Source of the DNA: a virus
Lineage: Duplodnaviria; Caudoviricetes
Reading direction: 5' to 3' (one strand)
IMG/VR virus record: IMGVR_UViG_3300023076_000003
Location: 1-56,875 of that record
DNA length: 56,875 nt
Positions within the stretch are counted from its first letter, which is position 1. Each line of letters begins with the position of its first letter. Positions 49,660 through 56,875 of the stretch are shown one piece after another. The position numbers were made by a program, and so were the translations under genes. The notes below the pieces were generated by a model. The model searched no databases, had not been told where the DNA came from, and saw nothing but the letters and a program-made list of their open reading frames with translations.

Positions 49660-50290
49660 CCTCCTTTTGTGAAGAGTCGGTCATAAAATCTCTGATGTGT
49701 TTCGCAATGGGAAGGGGGGTTGTGTAAGATGAAAAAATGGTTTCACCTTCTTTGCAGCTTATATAGATATCACGGGGGTCTTCATCATCAAAATCATCAA
49801 GAGTGTAACCTTTATCCTTATAATCCTTTAAACAAATTTTAACAGTTTTAGACTCATCTAAAATCCATTCTCCATCATCATTAATATCATATGTGTATTT
49901 TGAAAGTTTAGATAAATAAAGATCATATCTAAATGAATGGGCCTCCATATCACAACTATCAAAATCCTTCCAATAAAATGTTCTAAACTCTTCTTGTTTA
50001 TTCATTTTCATTTCAACTTGTTTATCTTTAAGAAGCAAAAAAACTTCCTGTGGAACATATTTATATTGCCGTCCTTGATATATAAACCAGTATTCATCAA
50101 ATTCGTCGCCCTTTGCGTATTCAAAATAAATAGAATCAACATTATGATCCCGATTAAAATCAATAGCGAAGTTATCTATTTCGTAGAGGATATTTGAGTT
50201 CATATCAAAGCAGAATCTATCGAGTCTTCCGCTAGGATGTGCACGCGTCCATGTGATTGTGTGTCCCAGAATCGGTTGGTTAAATGTCAT
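49646..50290 (-). CDS. Hypothetical acidic protein with internal duplication
   Basis: Two W...F.YD/F.FD blocks. Confidence 0.65.
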   Translation of the reverse strand: MTFNQPILGHTITWTRAHPSGRLDRFCFDMNSNILYEIDNFAIDFNRDHNVDSIYFEYAKGDEFDEYWFIYQGRQYKYVPQEVFLLLKDKQVEMKMNKQEEFRTFYWKDFDSCDMEAHSFRYDLYLSKLSKYTYDINDDGEWILDESKTVKICLKDYKDKGYTLDDFDDEDPRDIYISCKEGETIFSSYTTPLPIAKHIRDFMTDSSQKEDGDE

Positions 50291-50582
50291 TTTTTTTCTC
50301 CAATGCTTTTTGCTTCAGGGCAGATACAGCTTTGATACAGTTACGGATATAGGAGGTACGCTTAGGTATCCATCCGTAGCTTTCAGGAACCTCAGGGGCG
50401 TCTTCTTCAAACTTGGCTAGCCAGAAGTCTTTATCTGGAGCCATTCCCACTTCTTCAAGAAAGAGTTGATAACCACCCCCATCAGCTCTCCATTTATCAA
50501 AAGCGGGTGAAAGATTACGCCTTATAAAGTTTTCCCAAGCCATATATTCTTTAGATCGGTTACGCTTCTTAGGTGTCTCCAT
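50280..50582 (-). CDS. Protein with one degenerate HNH-like domain
   Basis: KEYMAW...W..DGGGYQLFLEEVGMAP...LAKFE...PESYGW. Confidence 0.55.
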   Translation of the reverse strand: METPKKRNRSKEYMAWENFIRRNLSPAFDKWRADGGGYQLFLEEVGMAPDKDFWLAKFEEDAPEVPESYGWIPKRTSYIRNCIKAVSALKQKALEKKNDI

Positions 50583-50614
50583 ATAGACGGCCTTGTTTGA
50601 TTAACTTCTATCGC

Positions 50615-50644
50615 ATGGTAGGGGAAGCATTGACGGCACGTCAA
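50615..50644 (-). promoter_or_regulatory. Sigma70 promoter
   Basis: TTGACG-18-TACCAT with internal palindrome TTGACG..CGTCAA. Confidence 0.45.
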
Positions 50645-50661
50645 GAGGCCTTGATGTAAAT

Positions 50662-50844
50662 CTAACTGCCTATGATTTTAGAAGTCTGATTTTGTAAGAA
50701 GATCATCTTTTCTAGGTGCTCAACGCGGGCTTGAAGATATCTATTTTTTCTGACTTCGCTGTCACATCCCGCTAGTCCTGCCCCTGCTATAAAGGCTAAG
50801 GAAGTGCAAATAAAACACCATACTTTTTGGGTATCATCTCTCAT
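50662..50844 (-). CDS. Small lipoprotein/coiled-coil protein
   Basis: Hydrophobic stretch ending in GLAG-C lipobox, then LQARVEHLE. Confidence 0.5.
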   Translation of the reverse strand: MRDDTQKVWCFICTSLAFIAGAGLAGCDSEVRKNRYLQARVEHLEKMIFLQNQTSKIIGS

Positions 50845-51065
50845 TTAACACTCAACTGAGGGGTATATTCGGCTCGTGAACCTGGGTGACAGCGTAACAC
50901 AGATGTTATGCAATCAAAATACAATTCTTCTGTTGGAAGCTTAAGACGTTCGTTTATAGAGTCTACCTCTGCTTGTCTGCGTAGCCATTTGATATGCAAC
51001 TTACCGGCAGCATCCATATGAAACACGCCTTCAGACTTAAAAGGCCTAGCACTCACGCTGAACAT
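50841..51065 (-). CDS. Hypothetical protein
   Basis: Coupled ORF. Confidence 0.5.
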   Translation of the reverse strand: MFSVSARPFKSEGVFHMDAAGKLHIKWLRRQAEVDSINERLKLPTEELYFDCITSVLRCHPGSRAEYTPQLSVK

Positions 51066-51315
51066 CCACTAAGAAGGTTGCCTGATAAGGTGCTGCGTTC
51101 TGAATGGTCATGTATCCGTGATGGAACACCACATCTTTCTTAAGCTGCGACACATCTTCCTTAAGCTGGTGTATATCCATATTAATCTCCAAGATGGCCT
51201 CGTTGTGCCATTTTTCCCATTCTAACCGCTTCTTTAGACGATCCTCTATACCCATAACGTAACGCCACAAAAGAATGATAGACACAGCAAGAGAGAGGAC
51301 AATCATGAGGCCCAT
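51046..51315 (-). CDS. N-terminal TM plus coiled-coil protein
   Basis: MGLMIVLSLAVSIILLW followed by heptads. Confidence 0.6.
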   Translation of the reverse strand: MGLMIVLSLAVSIILLWRYVMGIEDRLKKRLEWEKWHNEAILEINMDIHQLKEDVSQLKKDVVFHHGYMTIQNAAPYQATFLVDVQREC

Positions 51316-51319
51316 ACTT

Positions 51320-51604
51320 TTAATGACGCCTCTTAGCCTTCTTTGGCTTTGTGGGAGTCACGGGCTTTGGGGGAGTTTGTTTCTCCTCAGGCTTGGCACC
51401 TTTGTCTTTATCCAAAACTGATAAAACATACTCCACCCTCTCTTCCAGTTTCCCTATAAGGGTGTTGGTATAGTGGTGCTCATGCTCAAGGGATTCCATC
51501 CTATCCTCAAGTAATTGCGCTCTATCCTCCGCAGAACTTATCAAGTAAAACTGCACCACCTGGGCCACAGCTAACACAATTACGCTTGTATCAAAAAAAG
51601 TCAT
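51320..51604 (-). CDS. N-terminal TM plus coiled-coil protein
   Basis: VIVLAVAQVVQFYLI followed by LEDRMESLE; basic tail. Confidence 0.6.
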   Translation of the reverse strand: MTFFDTSVIVLAVAQVVQFYLISSAEDRAQLLEDRMESLEHEHHYTNTLIGKLEERVEYVLSVLDKDKGAKPEEKQTPPKPVTPTKPKKAKRRH

Positions 51605-51764
51605 TGCTTATTTCTTTCTTGGCTAAAGGACACCGGTTCCTGTTTAGGGTATGTCTTCAAAGAGGGAACATAAGACGGTGAAAACGATTCTATCACCAAA
51701 CGTGATAAGGGGTTAGGCTTCGGTTCGGGTATATATTTGTATTTAAACTTCTTTGGCACAGATG

Positions 51765-52181
51765 TTATCTCCTGCGAAAATGGGAGCTCCTTCTGCCATC
51801 AACATCTATTTGACCGAGGTTGATAAGGTATTCCCATTTGCTCTTCATGCTCTTCTGTCTGTCATTATAACTAAGTTTAGACTGCATGCAGCTAGCCAAG
51901 CGATGTTTTTCTCCCTTTGTCCACATATGGCCTAGCAAATCTACCACAGGTAGGAGAACGTCAAAGAACTCTTCATAGATACGTTCGACCAAATCATGAA
52001 GGAGAACCGCTTGTTCATCGTCAGAATCGGTACCATAGACCCCATCAAGGCTGCGATAGTCATGCCGTGTGATGCGTATGGTTTTGATCTCATCGGCTAT
52101 AAACTCGACTCTATCGAGGAAATCATAGACGTTCCCAAGGGGGTGATGAGAGGAGGTAAGGTAAGATTTTGAGAGGTTCAT
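51765..52181 (-). CDS. Hypothetical protein
   Basis: ATGA-coupled to the upstream gene. Confidence 0.6.
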   Translation of the reverse strand: MNLSKSYLTSSHHPLGNVYDFLDRVEFIADEIKTIRITRHDYRSLDGVYGTDSDDEQAVLLHDLVERIYEEFFDVLLPVVDLLGHMWTKGEKHRLASCMQSKLSYNDRQKSMKSKWEYLINLGQIDVDGRRSSHFRRR

Positions 52182-52639
52182 ACTTTATACCCTAGATGTT
52201 CACATAATTGATCAAGCTTGCCCTTAACGTCTCTCAGTTCATAACTCTTACGACACTGCTCTAGAGCGGCACACAGAGAGCTCATTTGGGATTCACTAAT
52301 CTCACCCATAAGCAAAGCATTGGTAGCCTCGAGCATCAATTCTGGGGCTGTCTCGATGTTTTTAAAAGATCCTATATTATAAGGCGCCCTACGTTCCTTT
52401 TTAGGGGCTATTAAACGCTCAGCACATATTTTAATGGCGCCTGCGTCTCCTTCAAGAGCCATTTCAATAACTTTCTCAAAGATGCGCTCAGCTTGACCAT
52501 CTAGCATGTTTTCCAAAACGATTGTTGCGTTGTTTTTGGACCCTTCTCTACGTCCGCCTGTTTTATTACCTGCTCCAAATTGACCGTTTGGAAGGCGCGA
52601 ACAAACTTTTTTTTCATCTGGCTCAGTCTTTAAATCCAT
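52178..52639 (-). CDS. DUF5681-type protein, terminase small subunit candidate
   Basis: GQFGAGN..GGRREGSKN motif and ALEGD..AIK...ERL. Confidence 0.6.
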   Translation of the reverse strand: MDLKTEPDEKKVCSRLPNGQFGAGNKTGGRREGSKNNATIVLENMLDGQAERIFEKVIEMALEGDAGAIKICAERLIAPKKERRAPYNIGSFKNIETAPELMLEATNALLMGEISESQMSSLCAALEQCRKSYELRDVKGKLDQLCEHLGYKV

Positions 52640-52791
52640 ACAATTTCCTAATGCTAAGCATTTTTTATATTACTATACAACGCATTACAAAGTGCACACC
52701 CCTTGCGTGGTGAATTTGAGCGTATTTGACAAGATATGAATAGGTTTGATAGTATTTGACTAGGTTACAAACACACAGGAGGCTTCAAAAC

Positions 52792-53010
52792 GTGCGAAAC
52801 TTAGACCTAGTTAGCGGTCCTTGTGCTGCCAAACACATAGGCATTAGTGCCTCTACTTGGTATCGCTGGCAGACTGCGGACGACTTTCCCTTTTCCCATG
52901 TTCGCGTGGGAGATAGAAAGTTATTTTATAAAAAAGAAATCGTCGACTACATCAATGGTGAGAAGGAAATGACCCATAAAGCATTTCCACACTTAAAGAC
53001 AAAGGAGTGA
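52792..53010 (+). CDS. AlpA/excisionase-like HTH regulator
   Basis: AGGAGG RBS and GTG start; AAKHIGISASTWYRW....FP...VG.R..F...EI.DYI. Confidence 0.75.
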   Translation: MRNLDLVSGPCAAKHIGISASTWYRWQTADDFPFSHVRVGDRKLFYKKEIVDYINGEKEMTHKAFPHLKTKE

Positions 53011-53011
53011 A

Positions 53012-53350
53012 ATGACGATGAGTATAATCGAACCATCCATATTGAAAGATCTGTTCTTAGATTCACAAGGCCGGAACCATGAGGATGAAAATTACTTTCT
53101 ATACGCAGGAGACGAAGACCAAGTAGTATGTTTAAAAAAACAAATTAAAATGTACCAATATATATATGGTCTATGTATGCTAAATGATGATGATATGTTG
53201 TTATATATTGATAATAATATTAATGAAATAGCTTTTAGATTAATCTCAGTAATAAGTTGTGATTATATTGAGATTATGAAGAATTTATCTGAAGACAACC
53301 CATGGAACAAAAGAAGAGAAATGTTAACAAATGAAGAAGGAGTGAAATGA
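53012..53350 (+). CDS. Hypothetical protein, paralog A1
   Basis: Shares L.D.FLD..GR..ED.NYF and LSEDNPW.KR with the next gene. Confidence 0.75.
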   Translation: MTMSIIEPSILKDLFLDSQGRNHEDENYFLYAGDEDQVVCLKKQIKMYQYIYGLCMLNDDDMLLYIDNNINEIAFRLISVISCDYIEIMKNLSEDNPWNKRREMLTNEEGVK

Positions 53351-53676
53351 CGATGAGAGTTATGGGCCCATGGCTATTGAGGGATGCTTTCTTAGATTTA
53401 GAAGGTAGAACCTATGAGGATAAAAATTACTTTGCAAATGCAGGAAACGAACAAGAATACAACTTAGAAATATTGAAAAATAATTTTGAATTGTATGAAC
53501 TATTACATAAAATGTATTCAATTGATGATAACAGAATTACCGATCACCTAAATAAAATTTACGATGAACTAATAACTGGAATTGTTCTTCACTATAGATG
53601 TGTCATGGAAGATTTATCTGAAGACAATCCATGGAAAAAAAGACAAGCAATACGCCTTAAGAAAGAGGAAGAGTAA
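53347..53676 (+). CDS. Hypothetical protein, paralog A2
   Basis: Shares the A1 motifs; identical 21-nt RBS/start block. Confidence 0.75.
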   Translation: MTMRVMGPWLLRDAFLDLEGRTYEDKNYFANAGNEQEYNLEILKNNFELYELLHKMYSIDDNRITDHLNKIYDELITGIVLHYRCVMEDLSEDNPWKKRQAIRLKKEEE

Positions 53677-53678
53677 GC

Positions 53679-54152
53679 ATGATGGAGATCGATGAAAATG
53701 AAGTTCCTTCTTTGAAGAAAATTCAAGACATACTAGATGAAATAAAATATCTAAAAGAAAACACTTTAGATGGTATGGGGAAACGATATGACAACAACCT
53801 TTATTGCGTTGAAGCAAAAATTGAGACAAATGAAGAAATGTATGCGTTTCATGTGGCAGAAGAAGAAAAAGATGAGGATTTTTATCCCCTATCTTGGGAA
53901 ATAAAGGGCTTATTTGAGGTTTTAGAACAGTACGAGATGATCTATAAGCACTGGGAGGAGTACGAGTCTATCACCCTCTCCTTAAGAGATGAAAAACTAC
54001 AAGAACGCATAAAAGAGGCCCTATTGGATGGTCCAGCGTGCCCCTGGTTTACAGATGGCGTCAAAATGGCCATAGAACACCTCAAAAAGGTTTACGAAGA
54101 AGCCCCGTTTACGTGGGAGAAAACAAAAGAAACAAAAGAAGGAGTGAAGTAA
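53679..54152 (+). CDS. Hypothetical acidic protein
   Basis: Operon-coupled ORF. Confidence 0.7.
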   Translation: MMEIDENEVPSLKKIQDILDEIKYLKENTLDGMGKRYDNNLYCVEAKIETNEEMYAFHVAEEEKDEDFYPLSWEIKGLFEVLEQYEMIYKHWEEYESITLSLRDEKLQERIKEALLDGPACPWFTDGVKMAIEHLKKVYEEAPFTWEKTKETKEGVK

Positions 54153-54154
54153 TT

Positions 54155-54655
54155 ATGGATTTTTCAGATTTAACGAGCGAAGCCATGAAAGAACTAATTT
54201 CAAGCTTTAACACAAATCAGTACTCAGGATTACTAAAGTTTTTGGAAAATAAATTTAGAGAAGACCTTATAACTTTATCAAAAGAACAGGGCCACACGTT
54301 AACTAAATGCCAAATAGAGATGGGAGTATCGGACTTTATGAAAGACGCTCACGAAGCACTATGTGACCTTTTGAAGAGCGATGAATGCGAGGAAAAAAAG
54401 GTAGAGCAAGAGGAAGAAGAGAAGGAAAGCATAGATTACTGCGAATATTTCTTTTCTGGACCTCTTGAGCATGGTGCTTCTTTCGTTAGCAAAAGTAACA
54501 AGCCCATTTACAAAAAAATTAACACCATTCAAGAATGCCAAAAGCGTTGTGCTGGTGACAAAAAGGGCGAATGGACCATGGAAGAAACAAAATTCCTAAA
54601 ATTTGGAAACGACAGAATAAAATTACGTACTTACACTTTTGTGGAGGCGAAATAA
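54155..54655 (+). CDS. Hypothetical protein, paralog B1
   Basis: Start MDFSD after AAGGAG; YFFSGP...KKG.W..EE...K.G.D.IK...F.FVE shared with the next gene. Confidence 0.7.
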   Translation: MDFSDLTSEAMKELISSFNTNQYSGLLKFLENKFREDLITLSKEQGHTLTKCQIEMGVSDFMKDAHEALCDLLKSDECEEKKVEQEEEEKESIDYCEYFFSGPLEHGASFVSKSNKPIYKKINTIQECQKRCAGDKKGEWTMEETKFLKFGNDRIKLRTYTFVEAK

Positions 54656-55003
54656 ATGAGTATAGATTTTGAGAAAATAGATGGTCTTATAGAAGGACTA
54701 TTAAACAAATTAAAAAATAAAGATGAAGAGGTGGTTAAGATCATGAAGTATAAAAAAGAGGAAGAGAAACAAAAAGAAGGAGATTTAGTAACTTTTTATT
54801 TTTTCTCAGGTCCTGATAATGAATCATACCTATGTCATTGTAATGTTCCTGTCTCAAAGCTTGAAGAAGAAATAAAAAGAAACAAAGAGATAGTATCAGA
54901 AAATAAAAAGGGCAAATGGGTGGTCGAAGAAGAAAACCTCACAGTCAAATGGGGGAAGGATCCCATTAAAGTCGTTTCTTTCCATTTCGTAGAGAAGGAA
55001 TAA
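54656..55003 (+). CDS. Hypothetical protein, paralog B2
   Basis: Shares the B1 motifs. Confidence 0.7.
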   Translation: MSIDFEKIDGLIEGLLNKLKNKDEEVVKIMKYKKEEEKQKEGDLVTFYFFSGPDNESYLCHCNVPVSKLEEEIKRNKEIVSENKKGKWVVEEENLTVKWGKDPIKVVSFHFVEKE

Positions 55004-55006
55004 GCT

Positions 55007-55501
55007 ATGCAAAGTCAATTTGATATAATAATAGAGCAATCATATTCCATAAAGGAATTAACTAAAAGAATAAAGAATCTTGAAGAAAAGATTGATGATT
55101 TTATCAAAGACGCTCCTAAAGAGCCTAAAGAGATGCCTGGCTTTGGTGCTCCCTATGGATCAGATGTGGATAATTTCATAAGAATTATAGAGGACCAAGC
55201 AGAAACCATAATGAAATTAAATAATATCATACACGAACTTAAAGCAAAGCTTGATTTTCCATCGAAAAGCGGTGGTCTAGCTCATATGAGAGATGAGATG
55301 ATGTCTATTTTAGATGATCTAGAATACGCACCTAATAAACGTCCAGGGAGAGCAGAAGGGGCAGCAGGTCCACGAATGGTAGGTTCATGGATGCTACGTC
55401 CAGGACAGGCTCTTGATCCAGGACAGATGCTACGTCCATGTAGACAGGGTTATGTATGCTGCCCAAAAACTGGAGCTTGGGTAAAAAAGGATGAAGCTTG
55501 A
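55007..55501 (+). CDS. Hypothetical coiled-coil protein
   Basis: Internal repeats (IIE.Q...I..L; MLRP twice). Confidence 0.65.
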   Translation: MQSQFDIIIEQSYSIKELTKRIKNLEEKIDDFIKDAPKEPKEMPGFGAPYGSDVDNFIRIIEDQAETIMKLNNIIHELKAKLDFPSKSGGLAHMRDEMMSILDDLEYAPNKRPGRAEGAAGPRMVGSWMLRPGQALDPGQMLRPCRQGYVCCPKTGAWVKKDEA

Positions 55502-55556
55502 GAAGAATATGGACAGAAAATGATAGCCACTTTTAAAAAATAAAAGGATACAAAAA

Positions 55557-55883
55557 ATGAATAAAATGACTTTAACTTTTCACATAGAAGATAAAGAAAT
55601 AGCCTTTGAAAAGGATTTTGAGTTTTACCAAGAAGGTGAATCTCTTGAAGACTATCTGAAAACCATCCTTCCAAATCTTCGTACTTTCCTCAAAGACTGT
55701 ATGACGGAAGTTGGGATTAGTGCTGTTAAAGAAACCAACAAGGATGGTTGGTGGGATGCTTCTAATGCAGACCTCCGTAAGTTTAACCGCGACAATATAG
55801 CGTTTGCGGGGAGAGATCCTGTCCACTTTGATTTCTATTGGATGGGTATGGGAGAAACAAAAAGAAGGTGGGTGGAAGCATGA
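55557..55883 (+). CDS. Hypothetical protein
   Basis: RBS and ATGA coupling. Confidence 0.65.
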   Translation: MNKMTLTFHIEDKEIAFEKDFEFYQEGESLEDYLKTILPNLRTFLKDCMTEVGISAVKETNKDGWWDASNADLRKFNRDNIAFAGRDPVHFDFYWMGMGETKRRWVEA

Positions 55884-56128
55884 AAGATGGACACAACAAA
55901 CAGGTGCTCACACTCATCTTCAAAGGTTTTGGAGAGGAGAAACATTTTAGCCAAGTGTTTAGAAAGGGAATCATGAAGGAAGACGTGTTGGACGCTATCA
56001 AACTAAACGGCCAACAAGTCATGAAGATCACCCGAACTCGACTAGAAGACTGGCGCACTCAAGAAGGGTATGAACGCGGCGACGAGGCTATATATGAAAT
56101 CCTTTATAAGCCGAGTGGGGAGGCATAA
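55880..56128 (+). CDS. Hypothetical protein
   Basis: Likely start MKDG at 55880. Confidence 0.6.
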   Translation: MKDGHNKQVLTLIFKGFGEEKHFSQVFRKGIMKEDVLDAIKLNGQQVMKITRTRLEDWRTQEGYERGDEAIYEILYKPSGEA

Positions 56129-56129
56129 C

Positions 56130-56875
56130 ATGCTGACACCAGAACAATTAGAAGAAAGACGCCTAGGCATTGGCGGTAGCGATGTTGGGGCCTTGTTCGG
56201 ACTGTCTCCCTTTTTAACAGCTATGGATGTGTACTTATCCAAGGTAAAGGAGATGCCAGACAAAAAGAGTGCGGCAAAAGATAGGGGCAATAATGAAGAA
56301 GACGGCATCTTAGATTGGTATCAAAAGCACTCTGGCATTCTTATTAAGAAGCCTATGTACTCCTTTGTGCATCCAGAACATTCTTTTTTGCGGGCAAACC
56401 TCGATGGCTTATCTATAGATACCCAAATAGTGATTGAGGCTAAAAGCATTATCGCATCCAAGCGCAGTGAGTGGGGTCAGGAAGGCACCAACCAGATACC
56501 CCCTCACTATCTTCTACAAGTTGCACACTACTGCTTAGTATGCGATGCGCCCGAGGCTCGCCTCATAGTTAAGTGGGCACCTTTGAAAGAAGAGGGCAAA
56601 GAATGGAAGGGGTCCCCCTATTCCGTCTATGTCTACAAAAGAGATGAACGGCTTGAGAAAGCTATCATTCAAAAGGCTAAAGCTTTTTGGACCAACCATG
56701 TATTAGCAAACGTCCCACCTCCTGTGCAGAGTCTAAAAGATTGCGCTTCAAGGTGGCCCCACGCTATACCTGGAACCTCAATAGAGGCAACCGATGAGAT
56801 TTTGTCACTGGTTGAAAATCTCAAAGAGCTGAAGAAACAAGAAGCAGAAATAAAAGAAAAAAAAAAAAAGGACAA
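56130..56875 (+). CDS. YqaJ/lambda-exonuclease family recombination nuclease (N-terminal part; missed by the ORF track)
   Basis: MLTPEQLEERRLGIGGSDVGALFGLSPFLTAMDVYL.K, HPEH.FLRANLDG, IEAK, Y.LQVAHY; runs into the terminal repeat. Confidence 0.92.
   Translation, partial: MLTPEQLEERRLGIGGSDVGALFGLSPFLTAMDVYLSKVKEMPDKKSAAKDRGNNEEDGILDWYQKHSGILIKKPMYSFVHPEHSFLRANLDGLSIDTQIVIEAKSIIASKRSEWGQEGTNQIPPHYLLQVAHYCLVCDAPEARLIVKWAPLKEEGKEWKGSPYSVYVYKRDERLEKAIIQKAKAFWTNHVLANVPPPVQSLKDCASRWPHAIPGTSIEATDEILSLVENLKELKKQEAEIKEKKKKD
56742..56867. repeat. Terminal direct repeat (right copy)
   Basis: Identical to 1-126. Confidence 0.95.

Noticed and set aside
55380-55450. MLRP/PGQ short repeat
   Set aside because: A two-copy local duplication with no further support

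Overview
The window is an apparently complete, circularly permuted tailed-phage genome of about 56.7 kb. Bases 1-126 recur at 56742-56867, and a YqaJ exonuclease gene runs in frame across that junction. A podovirus-like virion module runs leftward at about 11.6-40.4 kb: TerL, portal, GroES, scaffold, major capsid, adaptor/nozzle, modular tail fibres and four large putative ejection proteins. The genome also encodes YqaJ/RecT recombination, SSB, VRR-NUC, an M15 endolysin, a DNA methyltransferase, GroEL, tRNA-Trp, and an iteron-containing replication initiator with a DnaA domain-I-like C-terminus. I found no integrase, DNA polymerase, helicase or clear CI repressor. An outer-membrane beta-barrel and about six other Sec-signal proteins suggest, by inference only, a host among intracellular Alphaproteobacteria (Holosporales/Rickettsiales-like). 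The most notable unexplained elements are three promoter-linked structured RNAs: one antisense to the rep leader, a six-hairpin capsid-operon leader, and an RBS-pairing leader of an orphan HicB-like gene. Also notable are a tRNA-Trp carrying the G3.U70 alanine identity pair, recurrent AxGG and NPxTG modules in virion proteins, and an array of degenerate HNH domains. All protein calls are from motif recognition by eye; no searches were run.
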